Positions 1-6,770 of a stretch of DNA of 28,701 bases are shown here, piece by piece. Position numbers and translations under genes: made by a program. Origin of the DNA: a virus (Duplodnaviria > Caudoviricetes). The notes under the pieces are model-generated. The model did not search any database. It was not told the origin of the DNA and saw only the letters and a program-made list of their open reading frames with translations. Numbering within the stretch: position 1 is the stretch's first letter; each line of letters starts with the position of its first letter. Where the stretch lies: positions 1 to 28,701 of the IMG/VR virus record IMGVR_UViG_3300005286_000050; one strand, given 5' to 3'.

Positions 1-513
1 GGGCTCGCCGGCTGGGATGGTAAAACATCTCAGCCGGTAGTCGTGTCCAAGCCGCTCGGCTCTAAATTCACCGACCTCGGAACGGCTTTCGGTCGGTTGC
101 ACGAGCAGTTGAACGACCTCAATTGCATCATAGGTGGCGCTCACGTCATCTATTGCGAAGAGCCGCTGCAGCCTCAAGCCGTTTCCAAGCAAACGACGTT
201 CGAGACCCTGCTCATCACCTATGGCCTGTTCGCGCACGCGCAGAGCTTCGCGGCAGCTAAGGGCATCCGGTTCATTGCCGTCCATCAAGCCACATGGCGT
301 CGGCATTTTCTCGGCGCCATGAAGCGCGGCAAGAAATCGGTGGAACTGAAGGAATACGCCAAGGAGCGGTGCGGACAGATCGGCATCAGCGTCAAAAATG
401 GCGACGAAGCTGAGGCTGTGGGCGTGCTCGATTACGCCTGCGACCGCGAAGGCATCCGTCCGCCGTGGTCGGCCAACGAGGTTCTGCGGCCGCCGCTGGG
501 AGGAATCGCATGA
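1..513 (+). CDS. RuvC-like Holliday junction resolvase, phage type (5'-truncated)
   Basis: Frame 1 is open from base 1 (GLAGWDGKTSQPVVVSKPLG...), so the true start is upstream of the window. RuvC-like elements: YCEEP, VHQATWRRHFLG, K..KEYA and GDEAEAVGVLDY. The stop overlaps the next ATG (ATGA, 510-513). Confidence 0.7.
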   Translation, partial: GLAGWDGKTSQPVVVSKPLGSKFTDLGTAFGRLHEQLNDLNCIIGGAHVIYCEEPLQPQAVSKQTTFETLLITYGLFAHAQSFAAAKGIRFIAVHQATWRRHFLGAMKRGKKSVELKEYAKERCGQIGISVKNGDEAEAVGVLDYACDREGIRPPWSANEVLRPPLGGIA

Positions 514-2276
514 AACTACACCCCCTTTTCATTGACGGTTTCGCGGGCGGAGGCGGTGCTAGCACCGGTATCGGCCAGGCGCTCGGTCGTGATGTCGACA
601 TCGCCATCAATCATAGCCCGACGGCGATCGCGATCCACAAGGCAAATCATCCCGAGACTGAGCATCATTGCACCGATATCCGCTCGCCCTTCCTGCCGCG
701 CACCGCGACCCGCGGCCGCCCGGTCGGCGGCGCGTGGTTCTCGCCCGATTGCAAGGAATACAGCAAGGCGAAGGGCGGGCCGGTCAAGGATCGCTCCATA
801 CGGGCGCTTTGCTGGGAGGTCATCCACTGGCTCGAAGAGACGCTTCCGGCAGTCGGATATCTCGAGAACGTCGAAGAGTTCGAATATGCCGCGCCGCTGG
901 ACGGCAACGGCGTGCCGATGCCCGACAAGAAGGGCCGAGAGTTTAAGCGCTTCGTCCGCTCGATCCGCAGGCTCGGTTATCGCGTGCAATGGCGCGTGCT
1001 CAGGGCATGCGACTATGGCGCCCCGACCTCGCGCAAGCGCCTCTACATGATATTCCGGCGCGACGGCCTGCCGATCGTGTGGCCGAAACCGACGCACGCA
1101 GCCCCAACCGATCGCCGCGTCCTCGAGGGCAAATTGCTGCCGTATCGCACCGCGGCCGAGTGCATCGATTGGACGATCGATTGTCCCTCAATCTTTGAGC
1201 GCGACCGCGAGCTTGCCGAGGCGACGAAGCGCCGCATCGCGCACGGCGTCATGCGCTATGTCGTGCAGGCGCAGCGCCCCTTCCTTGTGCCGGTGACCCA
1301 TCAGGGTAGCGTTCGCGTGCACGACAGCGCCGAGCCCTTCCGGACGATCACTGGCGCCCATCGAGGCGAGATCGCGGTATCAGACGTCGAGCTGGCGTCG
1401 TTCGTCTCATACGGCCAGCAAGGCGGCCTCAATCGCCCGATCGTCAAGCCTATGCACGCTGTCACGGCGTCGAAAAAGGACACGAACGGCGTCGTAGGCG
1501 CCACGCTCGTGAAGATGGGCAATGGCGAGCGCGATGGACAGGCCCCGCGCGCCCTCGACCCTCGCAAGCCCTACGGCACCGTCACCGCGAAGGGCTCTCA
1601 AGCCGCCGCGGTCACCGCCTTCCTGTCGAGCTTCTACGGCAGCGACAAGGCCGCGGCTGGGGGGGATCCGCAACTGCCGCTGCGCACCGCGCGCGCTGGC
1701 GGTCAGCACCACGCCGTCGTAGCCGCCCATATCGAGCAGGCGAATACTGGCATGGTCGGTCACACGCCCCGTAAGCCTCTCTCGACGATCGTCGGCAAGG
1801 GATGCACCCAGCGCATCGTTGAAACGACCATGATCGAAGAGGGCGCGCTGCCGCCCGACATGATGGCGCGCGCGGTCCGCACGGCCGCATTTCTGGTCAA
1901 ATACTACGGCACGGACGGCGAGAATGAGACGGCGCAGATCCAGCCAGTCGACCGCCCGCTCGACGTCGTCACGGTCAAGGCGCGCTTTGCCGTGGTCACG
2001 GTCACGATCGACGCCACGACCTATGTCATCGTCGATATCGGCCTGCGCATGCTGAAACCCCGCGAGCTCGCCCGCGCGCAGGGCTTCCCGGACGATTATG
2101 TTCTTGATCCCGTCGTCCGCAAATTCGTGCGCGGCAAGTGGGTCGAGAAGCGCCTCACAATTGCCGAGCAGATCAGTGCGATCGGCAACAGCGTTTGTCC
2201 ACCCGTCGCCCGGGCGCTCGTGGCTGCAAATCAGCCGGATCTTTGCAACTGGCAGCCGGAGGCGCTGGCAGCATGA
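510..2276 (+). CDS. DNA (cytosine-5)-methyltransferase with a long repetitive variable region
   Basis: Motif I DGFAGGGG, motif IV FSPDCKEYS, motif VI LENVEE, motif VIII YGAPTSRKRLY, motif IX LRMLKPRELARAQGFP and motif X IGNSVCP. ATG 510 follows GGGAGG and overlaps the upstream stop; the ORF-track start at 465 is unlikely. Confidence 0.95.
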   Translation: MKLHPLFIDGFAGGGGASTGIGQALGRDVDIAINHSPTAIAIHKANHPETEHHCTDIRSPFLPRTATRGRPVGGAWFSPDCKEYSKAKGGPVKDRSIRALCWEVIHWLEETLPAVGYLENVEEFEYAAPLDGNGVPMPDKKGREFKRFVRSIRRLGYRVQWRVLRACDYGAPTSRKRLYMIFRRDGLPIVWPKPTHAAPTDRRVLEGKLLPYRTAAECIDWTIDCPSIFERDRELAEATKRRIAHGVMRYVVQAQRPFLVPVTHQGSVRVHDSAEPFRTITGAHRGEIAVSDVELASFVSYGQQGGLNRPIVKPMHAVTASKKDTNGVVGATLVKMGNGERDGQAPRALDPRKPYGTVTAKGSQAAAVTAFLSSFYGSDKAAAGGDPQLPLRTARAGGQHHAVVAAHIEQANTGMVGHTPRKPLSTIVGKGCTQRIVETTMIEEGALPPDMMARAVRTAAFLVKYYGTDGENETAQIQPVDRPLDVVTVKARFAVVTVTIDATTYVIVDIGLRMLKPRELARAQGFPDDYVLDPVVRKFVRGKWVEKRLTIAEQISAIGNSVCPPVARALVAANQPDLCNWQPEALAA

Positions 2277-2449
2277 AACCCGAAGCCCTGAAACTCCAAC
2301 GCAAAATGGCACTCGATCAAGTCGCTCGCTTCCGTGCAGATGCTCACCGGCATCCCATGTCGGCGGAAAGGATAGCGAAGGCCGTTGCGCCGCTTGTGAA
2401 GGCGACGCCCGACCAGGTCCTGAAATGGATGCGGGAGGCGCGGGCATGA
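2273..2449 (+). CDS. Small hypothetical protein, 58 aa (MKPEALKLQRK...WMREARA)
   Basis: ATGA overlaps at both ends (2273-2276 and 2446-2449), GGAGG upstream, and it fills the gap exactly. Confidence 0.7.
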   Translation: MKPEALKLQRKMALDQVARFRADAHRHPMSAERIAKAVAPLVKATPDQVLKWMREARA

Positions 2450-3327
2450 ACGATTCTTTCCTGGTTACCGGCCCTGCGCTCATTTCCTTCAGCGGAGGTA
2501 GGACCAGCGCTTACATGCTCTGGCGCATCTTGCAGGCGCATGGAGGGACGCTGCCCGATGATGTGCATGTATGCTTTGCCAATACCGGCAAGGAGCGGGA
2601 AGAGACGCTGCGGTTCGTGCATGAGTGCGCCACCCGCTGGGGCGTGCGGGTGCGATGGATTGAGTTTGCCGACTACCCCAAGAAGGCTCCCATCGCCGAT
2701 CGATTCCAGGAAGTCGGGTTCAACAGTGCTAGCCGCGCCGGTGAGCCCTTTGCAGCCGTGATCCGGCGCAAGGGCTACCTGCCCAACAGCGTCACTCGCT
2801 TCTGCACCACGCACATGAAGATCGAGACGCTGAAGCACTTCATGCTCTCGTTGGGCTATCTGACGTGGACCAACGCCGTGGGCCTTCGCGCGGACGAGAT
2901 GCATCGTGTCGCGCGTGCACATGCCCGGAACGCTAGCGGCAAGGACCGCTGGCAGACTGTGATGCCCTTGGCGGAAGCCGGTGTAACTAACCGCAATGTC
3001 CGCGCGTTCTGGGCGCGGCAGGAGTTCGATCTCGGGCTGCTGCCGTTCGAAGGCAACTGCGATGCCTGCTTCCTGAAGGCCCGTCCGAAACTGTGGGAGG
3101 TTGAGCGAACCCGGCCGGGGACGCTGGCATGGTGGTCGCAGCAGGAAGTCGAGATCACCGGCAAGACCAACAAGGCGAGCGGCGCTCGCTTCGTCACAGA
3201 ATACAGCTACGCCGAACTTATCAGCGACGTGCGGCGCCAGCCCGACCTATTCGCCGGTGGCCTGTTCGATGACGATCCAGACATGGACGCCGAATGTGGC
3301 CTTTGGTGTGCGGGAGAGGCGGCGTGA
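2446..3327 (+). CDS. PAPS reductase-like / PP-loop family protein (lambda NinC-like)
   Basis: PP-loop ISFSGGRTS, FANTGKE, RFCTTHMK, GLRADE, GNCDACF and C-terminal ECGLWC. ATG 2446 follows GGGAGG with an ATGA overlap. Confidence 0.85.
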   Translation: MNDSFLVTGPALISFSGGRTSAYMLWRILQAHGGTLPDDVHVCFANTGKEREETLRFVHECATRWGVRVRWIEFADYPKKAPIADRFQEVGFNSASRAGEPFAAVIRRKGYLPNSVTRFCTTHMKIETLKHFMLSLGYLTWTNAVGLRADEMHRVARAHARNASGKDRWQTVMPLAEAGVTNRNVRAFWARQEFDLGLLPFEGNCDACFLKARPKLWEVERTRPGTLAWWSQQEVEITGKTNKASGARFVTEYSYAELISDVRRQPDLFAGGLFDDDPDMDAECGLWCAGEAA

Positions 3328-3689
3328 CACCGAACCAAGCAGCAGTCTTCCGCGTTATCGAAGAGACGATCGCCGCCAATGAAATCATGCCGACCGGGCC
3401 CCAGATAGCGCAGCGGTCGGGCGTGAAGATAACCAGCGTCAATTCCGCGCTTTACCAGATGCAGGACGCCGGCATCATCGACATCGCCAATTACGGCAGC
3501 GGCAAGCGCGTCGTGACCATCATGGCGACCGGAGCGCACACGGCGCACCCCGACGACGCTAAGCGCGTGCGCGAGGCCGACGGTCCGAGCGACAGTTTCG
3601 CGGCGATCGCTCCGAATCCTGTCGTCCCCTGCTGGCAATGTGGGATCCGGTCGGACATCGGCTGCGTCCATCAAAGATGGGCCGCGTGA
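3324..3689 (+). CDS. LexA-like winged-HTH protein with a C-terminal Cys/His cluster
   Basis: GTG 3324 in a GTGA overlap. MTPNQAAVFRVI...MPTGPQIAQRSGVKITSVNSALYQMQDAGII resembles the LexA DNA-binding domain. C-terminus PCWQCGIRSDIGCVH. Confidence 0.65.
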   Translation: MTPNQAAVFRVIEETIAANEIMPTGPQIAQRSGVKITSVNSALYQMQDAGIIDIANYGSGKRVVTIMATGAHTAHPDDAKRVREADGPSDSFAAIAPNPVVPCWQCGIRSDIGCVHQRWAA

Positions 3690-3940
3690 TGCTCCCCCGC
3701 TGGTACCGCCCCCCTGCCGTGACCCGCTTCATCGGTCGAGAGACTGTCGACCGCATCGCGAGGCTCCACGACGTTGCCCCAGAAGACATCACCGGACCCT
3801 CGCGGGCACCAGCGCTTTGCGAGGCGCGCCGGTGCGTCATGCGGGAGCTTCGGGACAAGGGATGGTCGACGACGCGGATCGGGCAGCTTTTGAACCGCGA
3901 CCATTCGACCATCGTGCATGCGATGCGGAGGGCCAGATGA
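3689..3940 (+). CDS. Stand-alone DnaA C-terminal-like HTH protein
   Basis: EDITGPSR....EARRCVM...GWSTTRIGQLLNRDHSTIVHAMRR matches the DnaA domain IV signature (IG..F.RDHTTV.HA). Start is ATG 3689 or GTG 3686. Confidence 0.85.
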   Translation: MLPRWYRPPAVTRFIGRETVDRIARLHDVAPEDITGPSRAPALCEARRCVMRELRDKGWSTTRIGQLLNRDHSTIVHAMRRAR

Positions 3941-4380
3941 GCAAGTATCATAAAGGCGCAACGCCATATAACGGTATCGTCTACTTCCTTGTCGGGAGTG
4001 GGCCTCACGGTTTGATCTGCAAGATTGGGTTCACCGGCGGCGACGTGTGGAAGCGCGTCAGCCAAATTCAGGCTTGCTCACCGCTTGAACTGGATATCTT
4101 CGGGTATGTCGAGGGCACTCTAGACCTTGAGCGAAAGTTCCATGAAACATTCGCCCCGCTCCGCCTTCATGGTGAGTGGTTCGCGGCGGATTTCAAGCTT
4201 CGCGACTTCATCTACTACCTCTCCGAATATGGCGCGGCGAAGCGTCTGACGACTGCTGACGAACTTGATATCGCGATCTCCGACGTGATCCTGGCGAAAG
4301 CCTCGTCTTATCCTGCGATGAGCGACGAAGACTACATGGCGAGTGCCATCCATCAAATTTGGGAGGCAAAGTTCGCATGA
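3937..4380 (+). CDS. GIY-YIG superfamily protein, T5orf172/MUG113-like
   Basis: VYFL...KIGFT..DV.KRVSQIQACSP...LERKFHETF...RLHGEWF. ATGA overlaps at both ends; visibly lower GC than its neighbours. Confidence 0.85.
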   Translation: MSKYHKGATPYNGIVYFLVGSGPHGLICKIGFTGGDVWKRVSQIQACSPLELDIFGYVEGTLDLERKFHETFAPLRLHGEWFAADFKLRDFIYYLSEYGAAKRLTTADELDIAISDVILAKASSYPAMSDEDYMASAIHQIWEAKFA

Positions 4381-5237
4381 GCCGCATCCGCTCCATTCAT
4401 CCCGGTCTATGGACCGATGTAGAGTTTGTGGCGATGTCACCCTTCGCTAGGCTGCTCTTCATCGGCATCTGGAACGAGTGCGATGACAAGGGGATATTCC
4501 TCTGGTCGCCCCTTCAACTGAAAATGCGCGTCCTGCCCGCCGACAATATCGATGCGAGCGCACTGCTCGCTGAGATCGAGGCCGCCGGGAGCGTTCGCCG
4601 TTACGAAATTGACGGCAAAGCCTATGGCGTTGTGAAGAATTTCGCTAAATTTCAACGCCCTAAGAAACCGAACGATCTTTATCCGGCCCCGTTTGAAGCT
4701 CTCGCCTTTGCAGGCCACAGTTCCGAACCGCTTCCGGATCAAGAAAACAAAGTTCGGAAGCAGTTCCCCACTGATGGGGAAAAGTCTTCACAGATGGAGG
4801 ATGGAGGAGGGAATACCGAACCTAACGGTTCGGGCGTCCCGCCGACCGCAATCGACGTTCAAAAAGCTATTTTCGACACCGGGGTGACGATCCTCAAGGC
4901 TGCGGGGCGAAACGACCGCGAAGCCCGCTCGATCCTTGGTCGGTGGCGAAAGCAATTTTCCGACAGCGAAGTCCTGACGGCCCTTTCCCGCTGCCAAGTG
5001 GAACGCCCGTCCGAGCCTGTCGAGTGGGTCACGAAGGCCCTTCAAGCCGAAAGGAACCGCCAACATGGCCAACCAGTCAATCGTTATGCCCCCGCATCAA
5101 CCGTCGACGCAGTCCAGCGTGCCTTCGAGCTTACTGGCGACGCGCCGCATGGCTCTGCCGCTGGACCGCCGGCAGGCGATCACCGAATTGGGCAAATGCC
5201 TGACCCTGTGCGCCCCATCGGGTATGTCGAGCGATGA
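4377..5237 (+). CDS. Phage replication initiator protein
   Basis: N-terminus MSRIRSIHPGLWTD..F..MSPFARLLFIGIWNECDDKG and NFAKFQRP are typical of phage replisome organisers, followed by a low-complexity linker carrying DNA repeats. Confidence 0.8.
   Translation: MSRIRSIHPGLWTDVEFVAMSPFARLLFIGIWNECDDKGIFLWSPLQLKMRVLPADNIDASALLAEIEAAGSVRRYEIDGKAYGVVKNFAKFQRPKKPNDLYPAPFEALAFAGHSSEPLPDQENKVRKQFPTDGEKSSQMEDGGGNTEPNGSGVPPTAIDVQKAIFDTGVTILKAAGRNDREARSILGRWRKQFSDSEVLTALSRCQVERPSEPVEWVTKALQAERNRQHGQPVNRYAPASTVDAVQRAFELTGDAPHGSAAGPPAGDHRIGQMPDPVRPIGYVER
4718..4833. repeat. Origin-like cluster of short direct and inverted repeats inside the initiator gene
   Basis: 11-bp-phased units CAGTTCCGAAC/CGCTTCCGGAT and AAGTTCGGAAG/CAGTTCCCCAC around an A-tract (4741-4751). 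Palindromes TTCCCCA-ctga-TGGGGAA (4764-4781) and CCGAACC-taac-GGTTCGG (4816-4833). Confidence 0.5.
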
Positions 5238-5559
5238 ACGATCCACATGGCTGGCGACTGCATGGGCGGAAGTCCACGACATGCCGGCAGCGGCCTTTCT
5301 CGACGCCTGCGCAGCGGCCCGAAAGATCGTTGAGCATCCTGCCCGGCTCATCCCGACGATCATCCGGGAAAGTGAGCCGCTCGCCGGACAGCTTCGCCGC
5401 CGTCTCGCTCGCGAGGAAGCCGAGTGGGCGAACCGTCACGCTCCCCGCCTTGCTGCCCCGCCAGAAAATCCCGAGCCGGATGACCGGCCAGAGATTGCCG
5501 AGATGATGCGTGGTCTCATCGACAGCCTGAGCGCCAACAGGGTCACGACCGATGCATGA
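5065..5559 (+). CDS. Replication-associated protein (helicase loader/partner position)
   Basis: Lies directly after the initiator. GAAAGGA upstream of ATG 5065 (alternative ATG 5149). Helical core WLATAWAEVHDMPAAAFLDACAAARK..HP..LIP.I resembles phage proteins found at this position. Confidence 0.6.
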   Translation: MANQSIVMPPHQPSTQSSVPSSLLATRRMALPLDRRQAITELGKCLTLCAPSGMSSDERSTWLATAWAEVHDMPAAAFLDACAAARKIVEHPARLIPTIIRESEPLAGQLRRRLAREEAEWANRHAPRLAAPPENPEPDDRPEIAEMMRGLIDSLSANRVTTDA

Positions 5560-5719
5560 GGACGCGAAAGCCTTGGCCGCGAAATACAACGCAAAGCGCG
5601 CCGCTGAGGGAAAGACCGGGCTCAAATGGATCGTCGATTCCGCCGGGAACCTCCGCCCCGTAGCCATCGGCCGAAACGAACTGCCCACCGAAACCAAGCA
5701 GGAAGACCTACCGCTATGA
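5552..5719 (+). CDS. Small hypothetical protein, 55 aa (MHEDAKALAAKYNAKRAAEGKTGLKWIVDSAGNLRPV...EDLPL); absent from the ORF track
   Basis: Translated by hand. ATGCATGA overlap with the upstream stop and ATGA overlap with the downstream start at 5716. Confidence 0.6.
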   Translation: MHEDAKALAAKYNAKRAAEGKTGLKWIVDSAGNLRPVAIGRNELPTETKQEDLPL

Positions 5720-5946
5720 GCCGTTCCGATCGCCCTTCCGGCTTCGAGCGAACATCTCTGACCGCATATGCCCCGCAGCTTCGAGAGGCGGACCCGGCGC
5801 TGGGCCGCGCGGCGGGCGCAAGGGCTTGGCACGAGCTCGAATTGTTGGTCGTCAACCCGGCCCACGTCCGCGACCTTGGCACGGCCCTGCGAGTGCAGAA
5901 ATTGGCGGAAGAGCTCTACGGCAAGCGCAAGGGGAAAACGGAATGA
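5716..5946 (+). CDS. Hypothetical protein, 76 aa (MSRSDRPSGFERTSL...GKRKGKTE)
   Basis: ATGA overlaps at both ends; protein-like composition from ATG 5716 onward. Confidence 0.65.
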   Translation: MSRSDRPSGFERTSLTAYAPQLREADPALGRAAGARAWHELELLVVNPAHVRDLGTALRVQKLAEELYGKRKGKTE

Positions 5947-6692
5947 TCGAGCCCGACGGCCCGCGCGAACAGGAGTTGTCCGACGCCTGCGCACTGATCG
6001 CGATGACGATCGTGCGGACGGTCGGCAACGGCGACGTGCGCGTCATGTCGGTGCAGGACCGCGCTGCGGCCGAGGCAGATCGCGTGGCATCGATCCTCGC
6101 GCGCGACCGCATTGAAGCGGCGGAAGAGCGGGCGCGCCAAGCTGCGCAGCTCGAGTTGGCAGATGGCCTCACCGTCAACGTCGCGGACATTGTCGTTCCG
6201 CCGACCCCGGAATGGCTCGCTAAGGGCGAGACCCGGAAGGTAGCCGTGGGCGGGGAGCGGTGGACTGAGAAGCCGCTTTCGACCGTTCGTCGAATCGTGA
6301 CCAGTTATCCACGGCGCGCGCTTAATGCCGGAAAGATGAATGCTCGGCAGGTTGCAGCATGTGACTGGTACGAGAAAACATATGAAAAGACCGGTCTGCG
6401 GGGAATGTATAAATCATGGCAGGCTTCCCAAACATTTGTCATGGGCGGATCCAATGCTCACTTCCGCTTTTCTAACATTCAACTCGATGCGCAGGATGCG
6501 ATACGGAACGCACAACTTCTGATTCCTCATTCTTGTCGAAAGTTTTTCGACCTGGTTGTTCTTGAGGACATGTCGCCTTCCCGGGCAAGGCGCCTCGCCT
6601 CATGCCATCGAGACCCGATCCAGACCTTGCGCATCGCTGCGGACGCGGTGGCCGACTTCGTGGAGCACGTCTTGAATGAGAATCTGCGGTAG
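5943..6692 (+). CDS. Putative late transcription activator/antiterminator (DUF6456-like, Q-position gene)
   Basis: Last gene before the late promoter and terminase. LNAGKMNARQVAACDWY.....TGL and the C-terminal FFDLVVLEDMSPSRARR...LRIAADAVADF recall DUF6456/sigma region 4-like regulators. Assigned by eye and by position. Confidence 0.55.
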   Translation: MIEPDGPREQELSDACALIAMTIVRTVGNGDVRVMSVQDRAAAEADRVASILARDRIEAAEERARQAAQLELADGLTVNVADIVVPPTPEWLAKGETRKVAVGGERWTEKPLSTVRRIVTSYPRRALNAGKMNARQVAACDWYEKTYEKTGLRGMYKSWQASQTFVMGGSNAHFRFSNIQLDAQDAIRNAQLLIPHSCRKFFDLVVLEDMSPSRARRLASCHRDPIQTLRIAADAVADFVEHVLNENLR

Positions 6693-6741
6693 GTGGAGAC
6701 GGAGCGAAAAGGATGGACAGAACGAGACTGGCAGGAACTGA

Positions 6742-6770
6742 TTGACATGCGGCGCAAAGAAAAATATCTC
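6742..6770 (+). promoter_or_regulatory. Sigma70-type late promoter candidate
   Basis: Perfect -35 TTGACA (6742-6747), a 17-bp spacer ending in an A-tract, and -10-like TATCTC (6765-6770), in the largest intergenic gap, upstream of terS. Confidence 0.6.

Noticed and set aside
2446-3327. Complete Dnd phosphorothioation system or sulfate-assimilation cysH
   Set aside because: No dndA/B/D/E, ssp or cys partner genes are visible; only family-level similarity is supportable.
465-4376. Upstream-extended starts in the ORF track (465, 2098, 2138, 3294, 3638, 3640, 4359)
   Set aside because: Each has a downstream ATG/GTG overlapping the previous stop codon, often with a clear RBS; the extensions overlap real genes.
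510-4380. Restriction-modification pair (MTase plus GIY-YIG protein)
   Set aside because: The genes are separated by four ORFs, and T5orf172-type proteins are not typical cognate restriction enzymes; an orphan phage MTase is more likely.
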